The notes under the pieces: model-generated
The model's database searches: none
What the model saw: only the letters and a program-made list of their open reading frames with translations
Told to the model about the DNA's origin: nothing
In this document: positions 1 through 12,771 of the stretch, piece by piece
Position numbering within the stretch: the stretch's first letter is position 1
Layout of the letters: each line of letters begins with the position of its first letter
Position numbers and translations under genes: made by a program
Origin: Kofleriaceae bacterium
Lineage (GTDB): Bacteria > Myxococcota_A > Polyangia > Haliangiales > Haliangiaceae
DNA: 64,000 nt
Reading direction: 5' to 3'
Assembly (NCBI GenBank): GCA_965215005.1
Contig: CBDCCZ010000017.1
Coordinates: 1-64,000 of the forward strand

Positions 1-104
1 GAAACTGCCCGTGCGCTGCAGATTCTCCAGCTTGAACGCGATGCCGTCGCGCGCCACGAGCGGAGTGGTGCGAATGAGGCAGCGAGGATCGATGAGAGCA
101 CCTG

Positions 105-108
<4 letters not shown>
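1..108 (-). CDS. PLP-dependent threonine/serine dehydratase family, N-terminal part (truncated by window edge)
   Basis: Manual translation from GTG at 108 (GTGA overlap with rimO stop): VTGALIDPRCLIRTTPLVARDGIAFKLENLQRTGSF; the TPL and KLENLQRTGSF motifs are typical of IlvA/TdcB. Confidence 0.75.
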
Positions 109-1466
<1,358 letters not shown>

Positions 1467-1499
1467 CGGAGCGCAGTCTGCAGCCCCGCGCAAGGGCTG

Positions 1500-2732
1500 T
1501 CAATCGGCGTGTGAGATGGCGCCTTCGGCCACCGAGTCGACCCGGAGCCGCTTGCGCGCCGGCGAGTGGGAGGCGAAGCAGCCGAGCAAAAGCAGTCCAA
1601 GGCAGCCGATGGCGGCGCAGAGGTACATCGCCGAGGCGGCGCCCCAGTAGCCGGCAATAGGCGCCACGAGCACCATCGCGCCGCGGCGGGCGATGCTCTC
1701 CACGGACAGCACCGTTGCGCGCCGCTCCGAGTTGGCGATTTGACGATTCAACATCGGCTTGACCAGCGGCGAGTACAGGCCGTTGGCCACCGCTTGCACC
1801 GCGAGAAGTATCAGCGCCCACGGGCCGGCGAACTGATTGAGGAGCACAAAGCTCACCGCCAACGTGCCGAGCAGGCCCCACGATAGCGTCTCCTCGCCAA
1901 GCCAGCGGCGCAGCGCATCGCCGCGGTGGGCGACGAACGAGGCTAATAGATACACCGCCGCGAAGATAAAGCCGACCTCGGAGACCGAGAAGCCGCGCGC
2001 GTCGAGATAAGGCTGGTAGAGGTACACCGTGGCGCGGAGCAGCACGAAAACCACCGCCGAAAACACCACGGCCCATAGCAGTGCGCTACTGGCGCGGACG
2101 TCGGCGAGCGCCATGCGCATGGTCTGCAGATACGTGCGCAGCTCCTGCCGCGCCGGTTGTCGCTGCAGAGGCCTGGCGCGCGGCGGACGCTCGGTACGCA
2201 TCATCGCAGCGACCGCAAACGCAGCCAGTGCAACGCCTGCGGTCACTAGATACGGCAGCGCGAGATCGAACTCGCCCAGCAGACCGCCGCCAGCAAACGC
2301 CAAGGCGCTGCCCGCCTGGTGCCACGCCGAGGCGGTTCCTTCGCGCGCGGGATACTCATGGCCGCGGCCGTGCTCTTGGAGAAGGTCGAAGAGATAGGCG
2401 GAGTCGGCGCCAGAGCAAAGCGACATCGACACGGCGGCGAGCACCTCGGCAATCACGAAGTGGCCAAAGGTTTGTGCGTAGTAGGCCATGATGCACGCCG
2501 CGACCATGGCCAGAGCACCCACCATCATCGACTGCCGGCGACCCATACGGTCGGCAAACGCTCCGGTTGGCACCTCGACGAAGATGACAACCACGCTGTA
2601 GATCGAGGCGAGCAGCATGATCTCGCGCCATCCGAGGCCACGCGAAACCATGAACGGCACCAGGATTGGCACCCACAGATACGATGTCGCCAGGAGCCGA
2701 AACAGGTAGAACAGCCGCAAATCGCGAGCCAT
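1500..2732 (-). CDS. MFS transporter
   Basis: About 12 hydrophobic segments; EVPTGAFADRMGRR motif A; SGADSAYLFD. Confidence 0.9.
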   Translation of the reverse strand: MARDLRLFYLFRLLATSYLWVPILVPFMVSRGLGWREIMLLASIYSVVVIFVEVPTGAFADRMGRRQSMMVGALAMVAACIMAYYAQTFGHFVIAEVLAAVSMSLCSGADSAYLFDLLQEHGRGHEYPAREGTASAWHQAGSALAFAGGGLLGEFDLALPYLVTAGVALAAFAVAAMMRTERPPRARPLQRQPARQELRTYLQTMRMALADVRASSALLWAVVFSAVVFVLLRATVYLYQPYLDARGFSVSEVGFIFAAVYLLASFVAHRGDALRRWLGEETLSWGLLGTLAVSFVLLNQFAGPWALILLAVQAVANGLYSPLVKPMLNRQIANSERRATVLSVESIARRGAMVLVAPIAGYWGAASAMYLCAAIGCLGLLLLGCFASHSPARKRLRVDSVAEGAISHAD

Positions 2733-3928
2733 TAGTCGTGCTCCGCTACCCGCTCCGGCCCGGTGAGGATCAAGATCGCTTCCGCGGCGCTCTGCCGACC
2801 GGCTTCGTCGCCTCTGGCCAGCGCGACCGCCAGCGGAGTCAGGTCGACGTGCTGGCCCAGCCGCCGCAGCGCCAGCGCCGCCTGCACGCGCATCGAGACG
2901 CTCGCGAGCTGCCGCTCGAGAGCCGGTGCCGCGACGGGCTCGCCAAGCGCTGCCAAGGCATCGGCGGCGCCCACGTGAAAGGTTGGGTTCTCGAGGATCT
3001 CGACGAGCTCATCCTTGACCGCTCCGTCGCCGGCGCGCCCGAGCGCAACCGCTGCGCGCATCTTGATCTCCGGGGACTCGTCGGCGGTAGCGAGGAGCTC
3101 ACGCAGCACCTCCATGGCCTCCTCATCGCCGGCGCGGGCGAGCACCTCGGCAGCGCCAATGCGTTGGGTGCGAATGCGCAACATCGAACGCAGGTGCCGC
3201 TTGCCTGCCTCATCGCCGAGCTCTACCAGATACCGCGATGCATCCAGCCGCACGTCGCGCCGAGGATGCTCGAGCGCTGCATGCAACACGCGCACGCCCT
3301 TGTCGCGTCCCGAACGCGCCAATACATACGCGATTTCGACGCGATCGAGCTCGCTTGGCTCTTCGGTGAGCCGCTTATCGAGAAGCGCCAAGGCCTGCGG
3401 ATCGTCGAGACGCGCCAGCGCGCGCGCGGCGATGCGTTGGAGGCGCGGCGAGCTCGACTGCAGCATCGCTTCGAGAGCGGCTCGTGCCCGCGTCCGCAAC
3501 ACCTCAGGGGTCGCCGGCGGCGGCTCCTGTGGCTCGGAACTGGTGTGCACCGCCTCTGAGGTCGAGACCGACGTAGCAGGCGCGAGCGCGGCTGGCTCCG
3601 GCAGGACGGCGACGATGGCGATGGCGATGCCGAGCACCATCACCGCGGCAGCGGCGAGCACCAGGCGCAAACGGCGACGTCGAGGCTGGTCCGGCGCCGG
3701 CGAGGCATCATAGAGCTCGAGCGCTTCGTAGGAATCGGAGGGATTGGCGGCAGGCTCGCTTCGCCGCGGCGCTGCGGCGGCCGCGGGAGGTCCGGCTGCT
3801 TGCGCAGGCGCGTCGGCACAACGAGCCGAGCAGAACGTCACCACCCGACCACCGCGAATCCGCGCCAGTGGCGCGCGGGTTGGATCGAGACGAATGCCGC
3901 AGCTCGGACAGCTCGCTTGTTGGGTCAC
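2732..3928 (-). CDS. YHS/TRASH-like metal-binding domain + TM helix + HEAT repeats
   Basis: N-terminal CPSC...TFCSARC, one hydrophobic helix, repeated 'VR..AA.AL..LG' HEAT units. Confidence 0.7.
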   Translation of the reverse strand: MTQQASCPSCGIRLDPTRAPLARIRGGRVVTFCSARCADAPAQAAGPPAAAAAPRRSEPAANPSDSYEALELYDASPAPDQPRRRRLRLVLAAAAVMVLGIAIAIVAVLPEPAALAPATSVSTSEAVHTSSEPQEPPPATPEVLRTRARAALEAMLQSSSPRLQRIAARALARLDDPQALALLDKRLTEEPSELDRVEIAYVLARSGRDKGVRVLHAALEHPRRDVRLDASRYLVELGDEAGKRHLRSMLRIRTQRIGAAEVLARAGDEEAMEVLRELLATADESPEIKMRAAVALGRAGDGAVKDELVEILENPTFHVGAADALAALGEPVAAPALERQLASVSMRVQAALALRRLGQHVDLTPLAVALARGDEAGRQSAAEAILILTGPERVAEHD

Positions 3929-4959
3929 GGAAACACCAACACCGCCGCTTCGCCGTGCTCCGCTATCAAGAGGTCTACATACCGCAGCAGATGATCCCGC
4001 CGCGCGATGATCGCCGCGATTTCGCTATCGGTGAGCAGCACCTCAAAGGGCTCGACGTCCTCGCTCACGACCTCGTGGACCATCTCGGGACGGAGGTCTC
4101 GCAGCCGGGTCACGAGGCGCCGCGAGAACGTCTGCACGCGGTCGAGGTAGATGCGCGACTTCTTATGACCATCGGGCTGGACGCCGAAGGACAAGCTGTT
4201 GTCCATGAAATAGAGCACCTTGCCGTCTTCGGACATGCGGGCGTTGCCACCCGTCCAGCGATCGGCATTGTTGATGAGGAAGTCAAAGACCACCATGTTG
4301 CTGATTTGCGCGAGCAGAGCTGCATCGGCGGCCGGGAGCTCGCTGCCCACGGCCAACAGGCGCTTCCAAGTCACCACGCCCTCGGTCGAGTCGATGTCGA
4401 AGCCGCCGACCTTGGCGTTGCGAATCACCGGAATCCACCACGACAGCGACCCTGCGACCATTCCCTCTTCATCGGCGACGATCTCTTCGCGCATCCGCGG
4501 CGCCGCAAACGCACTATCGGGATCGAGCACCGCAAACAGCTCTTCGAACGCCAAGCGACCGCCAATCGCAGGCTGCACCGCGTGCAGGCCGAGCAGCAAG
4601 TTGATGCGGTACGCGGCGACATCTTTGCGCGGCACTGACTGCAGGTTGGTCTGCAGCGGCTTGAAGGCGGCCCGGGCACCGTTGGTGAAGTCGACGCGCA
4701 GCGAGATCGACGAGCCGCCGGTATTGAACTTGACCCGCGCCGGCGTTCCGCTGCGCAGTGGCTCGAGCAATACGTCGTCGCGCTCGCCATGAAATGTGGG
4801 CAGATTGCGCGCTAGCTCGACAGGAAGCTCGCCGACCGACACCGACGTCACCGGCGTGGTCGGGGGCGCCAGCCGCAGCGACGCCGCACGCGCTACCAGC
4901 ACCGCATCGTCGCTCGCGGCGATCACTCCCCAAATCGCCGCCGCCGCGATGGCAGCCAT
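3925..4959 (-). CDS. Fam20C/four-jointed-like atypical kinase with N-terminal signal anchor
   Basis: GGSSISLRV..AAFKP, DVAAYRINLLLG, FDFLINNADR, FMDNSLSF; start chosen at an ATG with upstream GGAG (alternative start 4986). Confidence 0.7.
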   Translation of the reverse strand: MAAIAAAAIWGVIAASDDAVLVARAASLRLAPPTTPVTSVSVGELPVELARNLPTFHGERDDVLLEPLRSGTPARVKFNTGGSSISLRVDFTNGARAAFKPLQTNLQSVPRKDVAAYRINLLLGLHAVQPAIGGRLAFEELFAVLDPDSAFAAPRMREEIVADEEGMVAGSLSWWIPVIRNAKVGGFDIDSTEGVVTWKRLLAVGSELPAADAALLAQISNMVVFDFLINNADRWTGGNARMSEDGKVLYFMDNSLSFGVQPDGHKKSRIYLDRVQTFSRRLVTRLRDLRPEMVHEVVSEDVEPFEVLLTDSEIAAIIARRDHLLRYVDLLIAEHGEAAVLVFP

Positions 4960-4987
4960 GACCGCGGCTCCGGTGAGGATCTCCATC

Positions 4988-5002
4988 GCGATGCACGTGC
5001 CT
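4988..5002 (-). promoter_or_regulatory. Possible sigma-54 promoter for the kinase gene
   Basis: Minus strand AGGCACG-TGCA-TCGC (GG-N10-GC); compatible only with the 4959 start. Confidence 0.35.
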
Positions 5003-5095
5003 AGCCGCACTGCCGCGATGCTATCACGCGGCTGGACCCCGCTCCAATTGCATCGCGGGGTTGCGCGGCGGCGGTTGCCGAGCACCGCAACCCAG

Positions 5096-6199
5096 CTACT
5101 TGCTGCGTTGGCGCTGATTGGAGAGCTTGCGCGCGTTGGCTGACACCGCGGTCGAGATTCCTTTCGACCGGGCCAGCTGCCGCAGGTCTTTCTCGCGAAG
5201 GTGCGGCATCAAGCGAATCGCCGCGGGAATGGAGGTCTTGGGATTCTGCACCAAGGCCAGCTTGATAGCGTACACCTTGGTCCACTCGCGGCGGTTACCG
5301 ATGTAGGTGATGACGTCTTCGCTCAGCGAGTTGTTGCCGGCGTACTTGAGCGCCTCGGCATCCTTGACCCCGGGGGCTTTGATCGCAGCGAGCGACACCA
5401 TCTTGATCGAGTCCCTAACCAATACCGAGCGCGCAAAGGCGTTGCCCAAGGTCGCCAGGCGGATCTTCATGGGCACCGTCATCTCGCTGATGCGCAGCTC
5501 GCGCCCCTCTTCTGCCTCGTCACGATCGCTGGTTTGGTCCTCGTCCTCGTCCTCGGAAGCACGCCGCGCCGCTTGCGCAAACAACGCATCCGCCTCTTCG
5601 GCAGTCACTTTGCCGGCGTTGGGATCGCGAACCTTGCCCGAGTACGCCGCCGTCAGCTCTTCCCACGCCGGAATCTGCGGCACGCGCACCCCTTCGCGCA
5701 CCGCCAGCTCCACCACCCGGTCGACCGTGGACATGCGCGCCCGCGGATTGCTGTACATGCCGGCGATGATGGCGGGATGGGCGAGTAAGCGCTGCTCGTT
5801 GGTGGCGATGAGCTCGACAAACCGCTCATCGACGCGGCGCGCCAACGCCGCAACCGTTTCCGGCGCGGTGGCCGGGTTGAGCAGGAGCCGCTCGAGCAGC
5901 AGCGGCCGGGTAGTCACCAGCGGCGCGAAGAAGTCGAGCACCCGCGGATCCACGGTGTCGTCAGCAACGGCGCCGATGAGCACTTTGTCGGGAAGCTCAG
6001 CGGCGGCGCCGCGGGCGGCGGTGGCGATTTGGCCGTCGCGCGCGAGCGCGAGCTGATAGAGCACGCTGATGAGCTCGCCTGGGCGCGGCAGCGGCGCCAG
6101 TCCGCGCGCCGCCATCATCTGCAACGGGCCGGGCTCGAGTGCTTTGCGTGCTGCTGGGCTGAGCGTCGTCGCATCGAGCGGCGTGTGCGGCAGCGCCAT
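5096..6199 (-). CDS. Hypothetical helical-repeat protein
   Basis: Long ORF coupled to coaX; repeated L..NP.. units and an acidic linker; no recognisable catalytic motif. Confidence 0.7.
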   Translation of the reverse strand: MALPHTPLDATTLSPAARKALEPGPLQMMAARGLAPLPRPGELISVLYQLALARDGQIATAARGAAAELPDKVLIGAVADDTVDPRVLDFFAPLVTTRPLLLERLLLNPATAPETVAALARRVDERFVELIATNEQRLLAHPAIIAGMYSNPRARMSTVDRVVELAVREGVRVPQIPAWEELTAAYSGKVRDPNAGKVTAEEADALFAQAARRASEDEDEDQTSDRDEAEEGRELRISEMTVPMKIRLATLGNAFARSVLVRDSIKMVSLAAIKAPGVKDAEALKYAGNNSLSEDVITYIGNRREWTKVYAIKLALVQNPKTSIPAAIRLMPHLREKDLRQLARSKGISTAVSANARKLSNQRQRSK

Positions 6200-6969
6200 C
6201 AGCGATTCCTCTCGAACAGCAGATGCAGACCGCGCAGGGTGAGGAGCTCATCGGTCTCCTCGATGAACCGCGACTCACGCGCGATGAGCGGTGCCAGCCC
6301 ACCGGTGGCGATGCAACGGGCGCGGAAGCCGACCTCGGCGCGAATTCGTTCGACCATGGTATCGACCATACCCGCATAGCCGAAGTAGAGGCCGGCTTGC
6401 ATGGACGCCACGGTGTTCTTGCCGACGACTCGCGGGGGCGGCTCGATCGGTACCCGCGGCAGCTTTGAGGCGTGTTGATACAGCGCCTCGGCGCTAATGT
6501 GGACGCCGGGGGCGATGACGCCGCCGAGATATTCCCCCTTAGGGGTGACTACATCCCAGGTGGTTGCAGTGCCAAAGTCGACGACGATGCAGCCGTCGGC
6601 AAAGCGGTCGAAGGCGGCGACTGCATTGACGATGCGATCGGCGCCAACCTCGCGGGGATTCTCGTAGAGAATTGGCATCCCGGTGCGCATGCCCGGCCCG
6701 ACGACGAGGGCCGGAACACGTAGATGACGCTCGAGAAAGCCGCGCAGCCCCGCCACCACCGGCGGCACCACCGACGACACCACGCCGTGGCTCACCTCGC
6801 GCCAGTCGTAGCCGCCAAGCGACATCAGCTGGTGGATGACGACGGCGTATTCGTCGGCGGTGCGGCCCTCGTTGGTCTCGATACGCCAGTGGGCGACGAG
6901 GTCGTCATCGCGGTAAAAACCCACGACGGTGTTCGTATTGCCGACGTCGATGGCCAACAATGAGGTCAT
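6199..6969 (-). CDS. coaX: Type III pantothenate kinase
   Basis: AIDVGNTN, EVGADR, VDFGTATT, IATGG motifs. Confidence 0.95.
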   Translation of the reverse strand: MTSLLAIDVGNTNTVVGFYRDDDLVAHWRIETNEGRTADEYAVVIHQLMSLGGYDWREVSHGVVSSVVPPVVAGLRGFLERHLRVPALVVGPGMRTGMPILYENPREVGADRIVNAVAAFDRFADGCIVVDFGTATTWDVVTPKGEYLGGVIAPGVHISAEALYQHASKLPRVPIEPPPRVVGKNTVASMQAGLYFGYAGMVDTMVERIRAEVGFRARCIATGGLAPLIARESRFIEETDELLTLRGLHLLFERNR

Positions 6970-7088
6970 TGTATAAGGGATGGTAACTCATGCGCCCAGC
7001 GCCGGCAGCGGTAGCCCCGAGAGGGGCCTCCGTAGTAGCCTACGCCGGTTGGGCAGCCGTTTTTGTCCGCCGAGGGGAGACTAGTTTT

Positions 7089-7817
7089 ATGCCGACTATC
7101 ATTGCCGGGAGATTTCGCGCGTTCGCGTTCACCATCGTTTGCGGAGCCGCAGTTGCAGCTTGCGGAGGCGATCCGGGACCAAAACCGTTGGCCCATCACT
7201 TCGATGACATGCACATCGCGGGGGTTCCGCTCGACAAGAAGCACGGAATGCTCGAAGCGCAGCAAGAATACGCTGCCGCCAAACAAGCTCGCATGAAGGT
7301 GGAAGCCGACTACAACGAGGCCGGTACCGACCTCGATATCGCGCGCAACGAGCGCAAGCAGGCCAAGCTCGCCGAGGAGTCGGCGCGGTCAAAGAAGAAG
7401 CGCGCCCAGGAGAGCGGCAACATGAATCGCGTCGATGCCGCCACGCCCGAGGTCCGAGCGGCAGAGCTGCGGCATCGGGCCGCGGCGCAGAAGGTGGAGT
7501 TCATCGAAACCAAGCGCAAATACCTCGCCAAGAAGCTTCGCTCCGCAGACGAGCAGATGTACGCGGATGAGGCGGTGTTCGAGCTGGCCAAGGCCAAGAT
7601 CGCCAAGAACAACAACATTCGCCCGAAGAACTTCAGCTATGAGGCGTATGAAAAACAGGCGACCAATCGCTCGCAACGGGCGCAGAAGTCGCGCGAGTCG
7701 CTGGCGGAGCTGAAGCTGAAGGCCGAAGCCAAACGCAAAGAGTGGCTCGGGCTCGAGCAGGAAGCGTCGCGGGTCGAAGCGTCGACCCCTCAGGCTGGAA
7801 CGTCCGACGACTTCTAG
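7089..7817 (+). CDS. Coiled-coil lipoprotein, unknown function
   Basis: Lipobox-like AVAA-C; long K/E/A-rich helical body. Confidence 0.7.
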   Translation: MPTIIAGRFRAFAFTIVCGAAVAACGGDPGPKPLAHHFDDMHIAGVPLDKKHGMLEAQQEYAAAKQARMKVEADYNEAGTDLDIARNERKQAKLAEESARSKKKRAQESGNMNRVDAATPEVRAAELRHRAAAQKVEFIETKRKYLAKKLRSADEQMYADEAVFELAKAKIAKNNNIRPKNFSYEAYEKQATNRSQRAQKSRESLAELKLKAEAKRKEWLGLEQEASRVEASTPQAGTSDDF

Positions 7818-7833
7818 GTTGTACGCGCAAGAG

Positions 7834-9375
<1,542 letters not shown>

Positions 9376-10179
9376 CTAGCTCGGCGAGCGCGACTGCTCG
9401 GAAAGCTCGGTAGCAAAGCCGATGAGCTCAGCGTGCAACGCGCGGTGCGCATCGACGTGGAGCATGTGTCCGGCACCGGGCAGCACGATGAGCCGGCTGC
9501 GACCGAGCACCTCGTTGAGAGTCTCTAACGCTGGTCGATAGAACGCCGCGGAGCGCTCGCCAGCGAGCAAAAGCGTTGGCGTCGACACTCCCTCGAGCTC
9601 GGCATAGCGCGGCGTGTAGCTCGCGAGCGCCCGAGCATCGGCGCAGATGGCATCGGCGAGCTGCACGCAGCGCCGTAGCGCCAGCCGCGGCAGTCGAGCA
9701 AACCCATCGCTGCCGAGCACGGTCTGCAGAAACAGCTCTACCGCGGCTGCATCGCCAAGCTCTCGCCGCCGGCGCTCGAGCGCATCCAGAAACTGCGATG
9801 GCACCGGCGGCGTCTGCCCGCGCCCAAGAGGCGGCTCGCAAAGCACCGCTCCGCGCACCAGCTCCGACCGAGTGCGTAGCAGCTCTAGGGCCACCACCGC
9901 GCCAAAGCTAGAACCACAAACGATCGCGGGCGCGCTGGCATGATGCTCCAACACCTCTGCCGCGTCGGCCGCATGCGCTCCTACCGAGTAATCGGTGATG
10001 CCCTCCGGAAGCGGGGCGGTGTCGGTTCCGCGACGATCATAGGCAATGACGTGGAACCGCGACGCCAGCGCTCCAAGCTGAAGGCTCCATGTTGTGTGAT
10101 CGGCCGCCGCGCCGTGAATCAGAAGCAGATCGATTCCAGCGCCGCGCACTAGCACCGGTAGTTCAACAGTGTTGCGCAT
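9376..10179 (-). CDS. Alpha/beta hydrolase
   Basis: LLIHG, YDRRG, nucleophile GSSFG, GAGH. Confidence 0.88.
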   Translation of the reverse strand: MRNTVELPVLVRGAGIDLLLIHGAAADHTTWSLQLGALASRFHVIAYDRRGTDTAPLPEGITDYSVGAHAADAAEVLEHHASAPAIVCGSSFGAVVALELLRTRSELVRGAVLCEPPLGRGQTPPVPSQFLDALERRRRELGDAAAVELFLQTVLGSDGFARLPRLALRRCVQLADAICADARALASYTPRYAELEGVSTPTLLLAGERSAAFYRPALETLNEVLGRSRLIVLPGAGHMLHVDAHRALHAELIGFATELSEQSRSPS

Positions 10180-10381
10180 CGAGGGCCTATGTAGCATCGG
10201 ATGCCTGGGCGGCGCGGTGTCTCGGGCGCCAAACGAGATGGCCTCGGGAACGCCGAAGCGCGCTCTAAGTGCTGCTCATCGGCCGCCCGTGCCTGCATCG
10301 GAGCGACCGACTTGGCTTTACGTCGCAAGCGGGCGGTGTGGCATGAGACGACGAGGCTGCCGATGCTATCGTCCCGCCGCG

Positions 10382-11716
10382 ATGACGACTCCGCCGGTCC
10401 GCAAGCGCGAAATCGCCGCCTGGTGCACGTACGACGTCGCCAGCTCCGCGTTTTCCACCGTGATGGTAGCGGTGGTGTTCAACATCTACTTTGTGGCGGT
10501 GGTCGCCGAAGGCAGAGACATTGGCGACTTTCTGTGGGGCGTTTGCACGAGCGTTTCGGCCCTGCTGGTGGCTCTGAGCTCGCCGCTTCTGGGAGCCTAC
10601 GCGGATCGCGCTGGACGCAAGAAGCGCCTGCTCCTGCTCTATACCGCCATCTACGGCCTCGGCTGCGTGCTCCTCGCCTACGCCGGGCCAGGTGATGTTC
10701 TCTTCGCGATGGTGGTCTTCATCCTCGCCAATGCCGCCTTCGAGGGCACCTACGTGTTCCTCAACGGATTTCTCCCCGAGCTCGTCGCACCGGAGAAGCT
10801 CGGCCGCATCTCTGGAATCGGCTGGGGCGTTGGCTACGTGGGTGGCCTCACCTCCATGTTCATCGCCTCGCAGATGATCCCTGCAGGCGATGCCGCGTAT
10901 CTAGCCGACTACGGTGCCGTACAAGAGGTCTTCTTGGTGGTCGCTGCGTTCGTCGGCATCGCGTCGCTGCCGACGTTCTTGCTCCTGCAGGAACGCGCCA
11001 ATGTTCGGCCTCGGCCGCCACGCGGGCATCTGCGGGCGAGCTTGCGCGAGCTCCGCCAAACCCTGCGGCACGTTCGCCGTTACCGCCAGCTCACCCGCTT
11101 CCTGCTCGCCTTCTTTTGCTACAACGACGCGGTTCAAACCACCATCCTCGTCACCGGTCTCTATGCCACGAAAACGCTGGGATTTACGGCCAGTGAGCTA
11201 GTGACTCTTTTCATGGTGTTTCAGGTGGGCGCGGCGGTGGGCGCGTTTGCCTTTGGCTTCATTCACGACAAGCTTGGCGCCAAACGGACCATTCTCGTCA
11301 CCATCAGCCTCTTCACAGTGGTCACCGCGGTGGCGATCAGCGCGCCGTCCAAGGCTACATTCTGGGTACTGGTCAACATCGCTGCCTTAGGCCTGGGCGC
11401 GATTCAAAGCTCGAGCCGCAGCGCGGTTGCATTGCTGTCGCCCAAGCACAAAAGTGGCGAGTTCTTCGGCTTCATGGCGGTCTCGGGGCGTTTCTCGACA
11501 GTGATCGGACCCGCTGCATTTGGCGTCATCTCGTGGCTCACCGGCAGTCAACAGCTGGCGCTCGTGCCTACGCTGCTACTCTTCGTAATCGGCGGTGTGC
11601 TGCTTTGGCGCGTCGATGAAGTCGACGGCAGAGCGGTTGCTCGTGCCGTCGACGCGGAGCTCGAGGCCAACCGAGCTCTCGACGAGACTCAGTCAGACGT
11701 GCCGAGCGGTTCGTAG
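10382..11716 (+). CDS. MFS transporter (UMF1/Atg22-like)
   Basis: AWCTYDVASSAF, LGAYADRAGRKK, ISGIGWGVGYVGG; about 12 TM segments. Confidence 0.88.
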   Translation: MTTPPVRKREIAAWCTYDVASSAFSTVMVAVVFNIYFVAVVAEGRDIGDFLWGVCTSVSALLVALSSPLLGAYADRAGRKKRLLLLYTAIYGLGCVLLAYAGPGDVLFAMVVFILANAAFEGTYVFLNGFLPELVAPEKLGRISGIGWGVGYVGGLTSMFIASQMIPAGDAAYLADYGAVQEVFLVVAAFVGIASLPTFLLLQERANVRPRPPRGHLRASLRELRQTLRHVRRYRQLTRFLLAFFCYNDAVQTTILVTGLYATKTLGFTASELVTLFMVFQVGAAVGAFAFGFIHDKLGAKRTILVTISLFTVVTAVAISAPSKATFWVLVNIAALGLGAIQSSSRSAVALLSPKHKSGEFFGFMAVSGRFSTVIGPAAFGVISWLTGSQQLALVPTLLLFVIGGVLLWRVDEVDGRAVARAVDAELEANRALDETQSDVPSGS

Positions 11717-12771
11717 CGGTGCGTCGTCGACCAGCGCGACCGCGGCAGCCGGTTGACGTGCGAGACGAACTTGGCGACCGCGCCGTCGATGGGCAAGAGG
11801 TTGCGAGTCTGAAAGCGAATGTTGTCGTAGACGGCGCCATCCTCATCTTTGAGCACGAAGTAGCCCCATTTCTGCGACTGCAACATGGCTTGGGCAGCGA
11901 GCAGCTTCGCGATGCCCGGCTGCTTCGGCGCGATATAGATCGGCTGCACCCGCGTCTGCCCCGGCGCCATTGGCGTGAACGCGAAGATCATTCGCAGCGG
12001 CGGCAACGGCGGCCCGCTGCCGAGAAAGCGCGTGTCCATCAGCGTCGTGAGGAGCCCAACCGTGGCGTCGACGTAGCGCATGCGATAGGCGTAGCTCGGT
12101 CCCAGGAGCCGACGTACCAGCCGCTCGCGCAGTGTCTCAGTCGACCAGCGACCGCGCATGGTGTAGTCGACGATGCGGCCGTTAGCCTCTTCGTCGACCT
12201 CGAGATTCATGTCGATCGCGAGCCCATGCACCGTGCGCAGATGCTGCGCATCAATCCCATTGATCATGCAGACGTGGTGGTGGCAAGGATGCTCGACCGG
12301 CGCCCCCGCTTGATACCAAACCTCCTGCCCCGCGAGCTCGGGATACTCCGGCACGCCCGCTGGCGCCTCGGCCTCCGGCCATACCCAGATGAAGCCGTAC
12401 TTCTCTTCGGTCGCATAGCTCTGCAAACGCGCTGCGGCCGGAGCGCGAGGCGCGCACGGCACCTCGACGCACGCCCCTTGGCCATCGAAGCGCCACTGGT
12501 GAAAGAAACAGCGCACGGTATCGCCAATGACTTTGCCGAGCGCTAAGTCGGCGCCCATGTGCGGGCAATACGCATCGAGCGCGCGAACGCGGCCGTCTTC
12601 GCCGCGGAAGATAGCCAGACGTTGGCCGCATAGCTCAACGGCCTTGACCTGGCCTCGGCGCACCTCCTCGGAGGCGCACACCAGGTACCAACCCTTGCTT
12701 ACGGCGTCCCAGTTGTTGAACATCGGCTGCGAGCGATACGGCTGCGTGCCGCAGTTTTGGTTGCGATTCAT
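11689..12771 (-). CDS. Rieske non-heme iron oxygenase (1 of 4)
   Basis: CPH...CFFH Rieske ligands; DAQHLRTVH mononuclear Fe motif; ATGA overlap with asnB. Confidence 0.9.
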   Translation of the reverse strand: MNRNQNCGTQPYRSQPMFNNWDAVSKGWYLVCASEEVRRGQVKAVELCGQRLAIFRGEDGRVRALDAYCPHMGADLALGKVIGDTVRCFFHQWRFDGQGACVEVPCAPRAPAAARLQSYATEEKYGFIWVWPEAEAPAGVPEYPELAGQEVWYQAGAPVEHPCHHHVCMINGIDAQHLRTVHGLAIDMNLEVDEEANGRIVDYTMRGRWSTETLRERLVRRLLGPSYAYRMRYVDATVGLLTTLMDTRFLGSGPPLPPLRMIFAFTPMAPGQTRVQPIYIAPKQPGIAKLLAAQAMLQSQKWGYFVLKDEDGAVYDNIRFQTRNLLPIDGAVAKFVSHVNRLPRSRWSTTHRYEPLGTSD

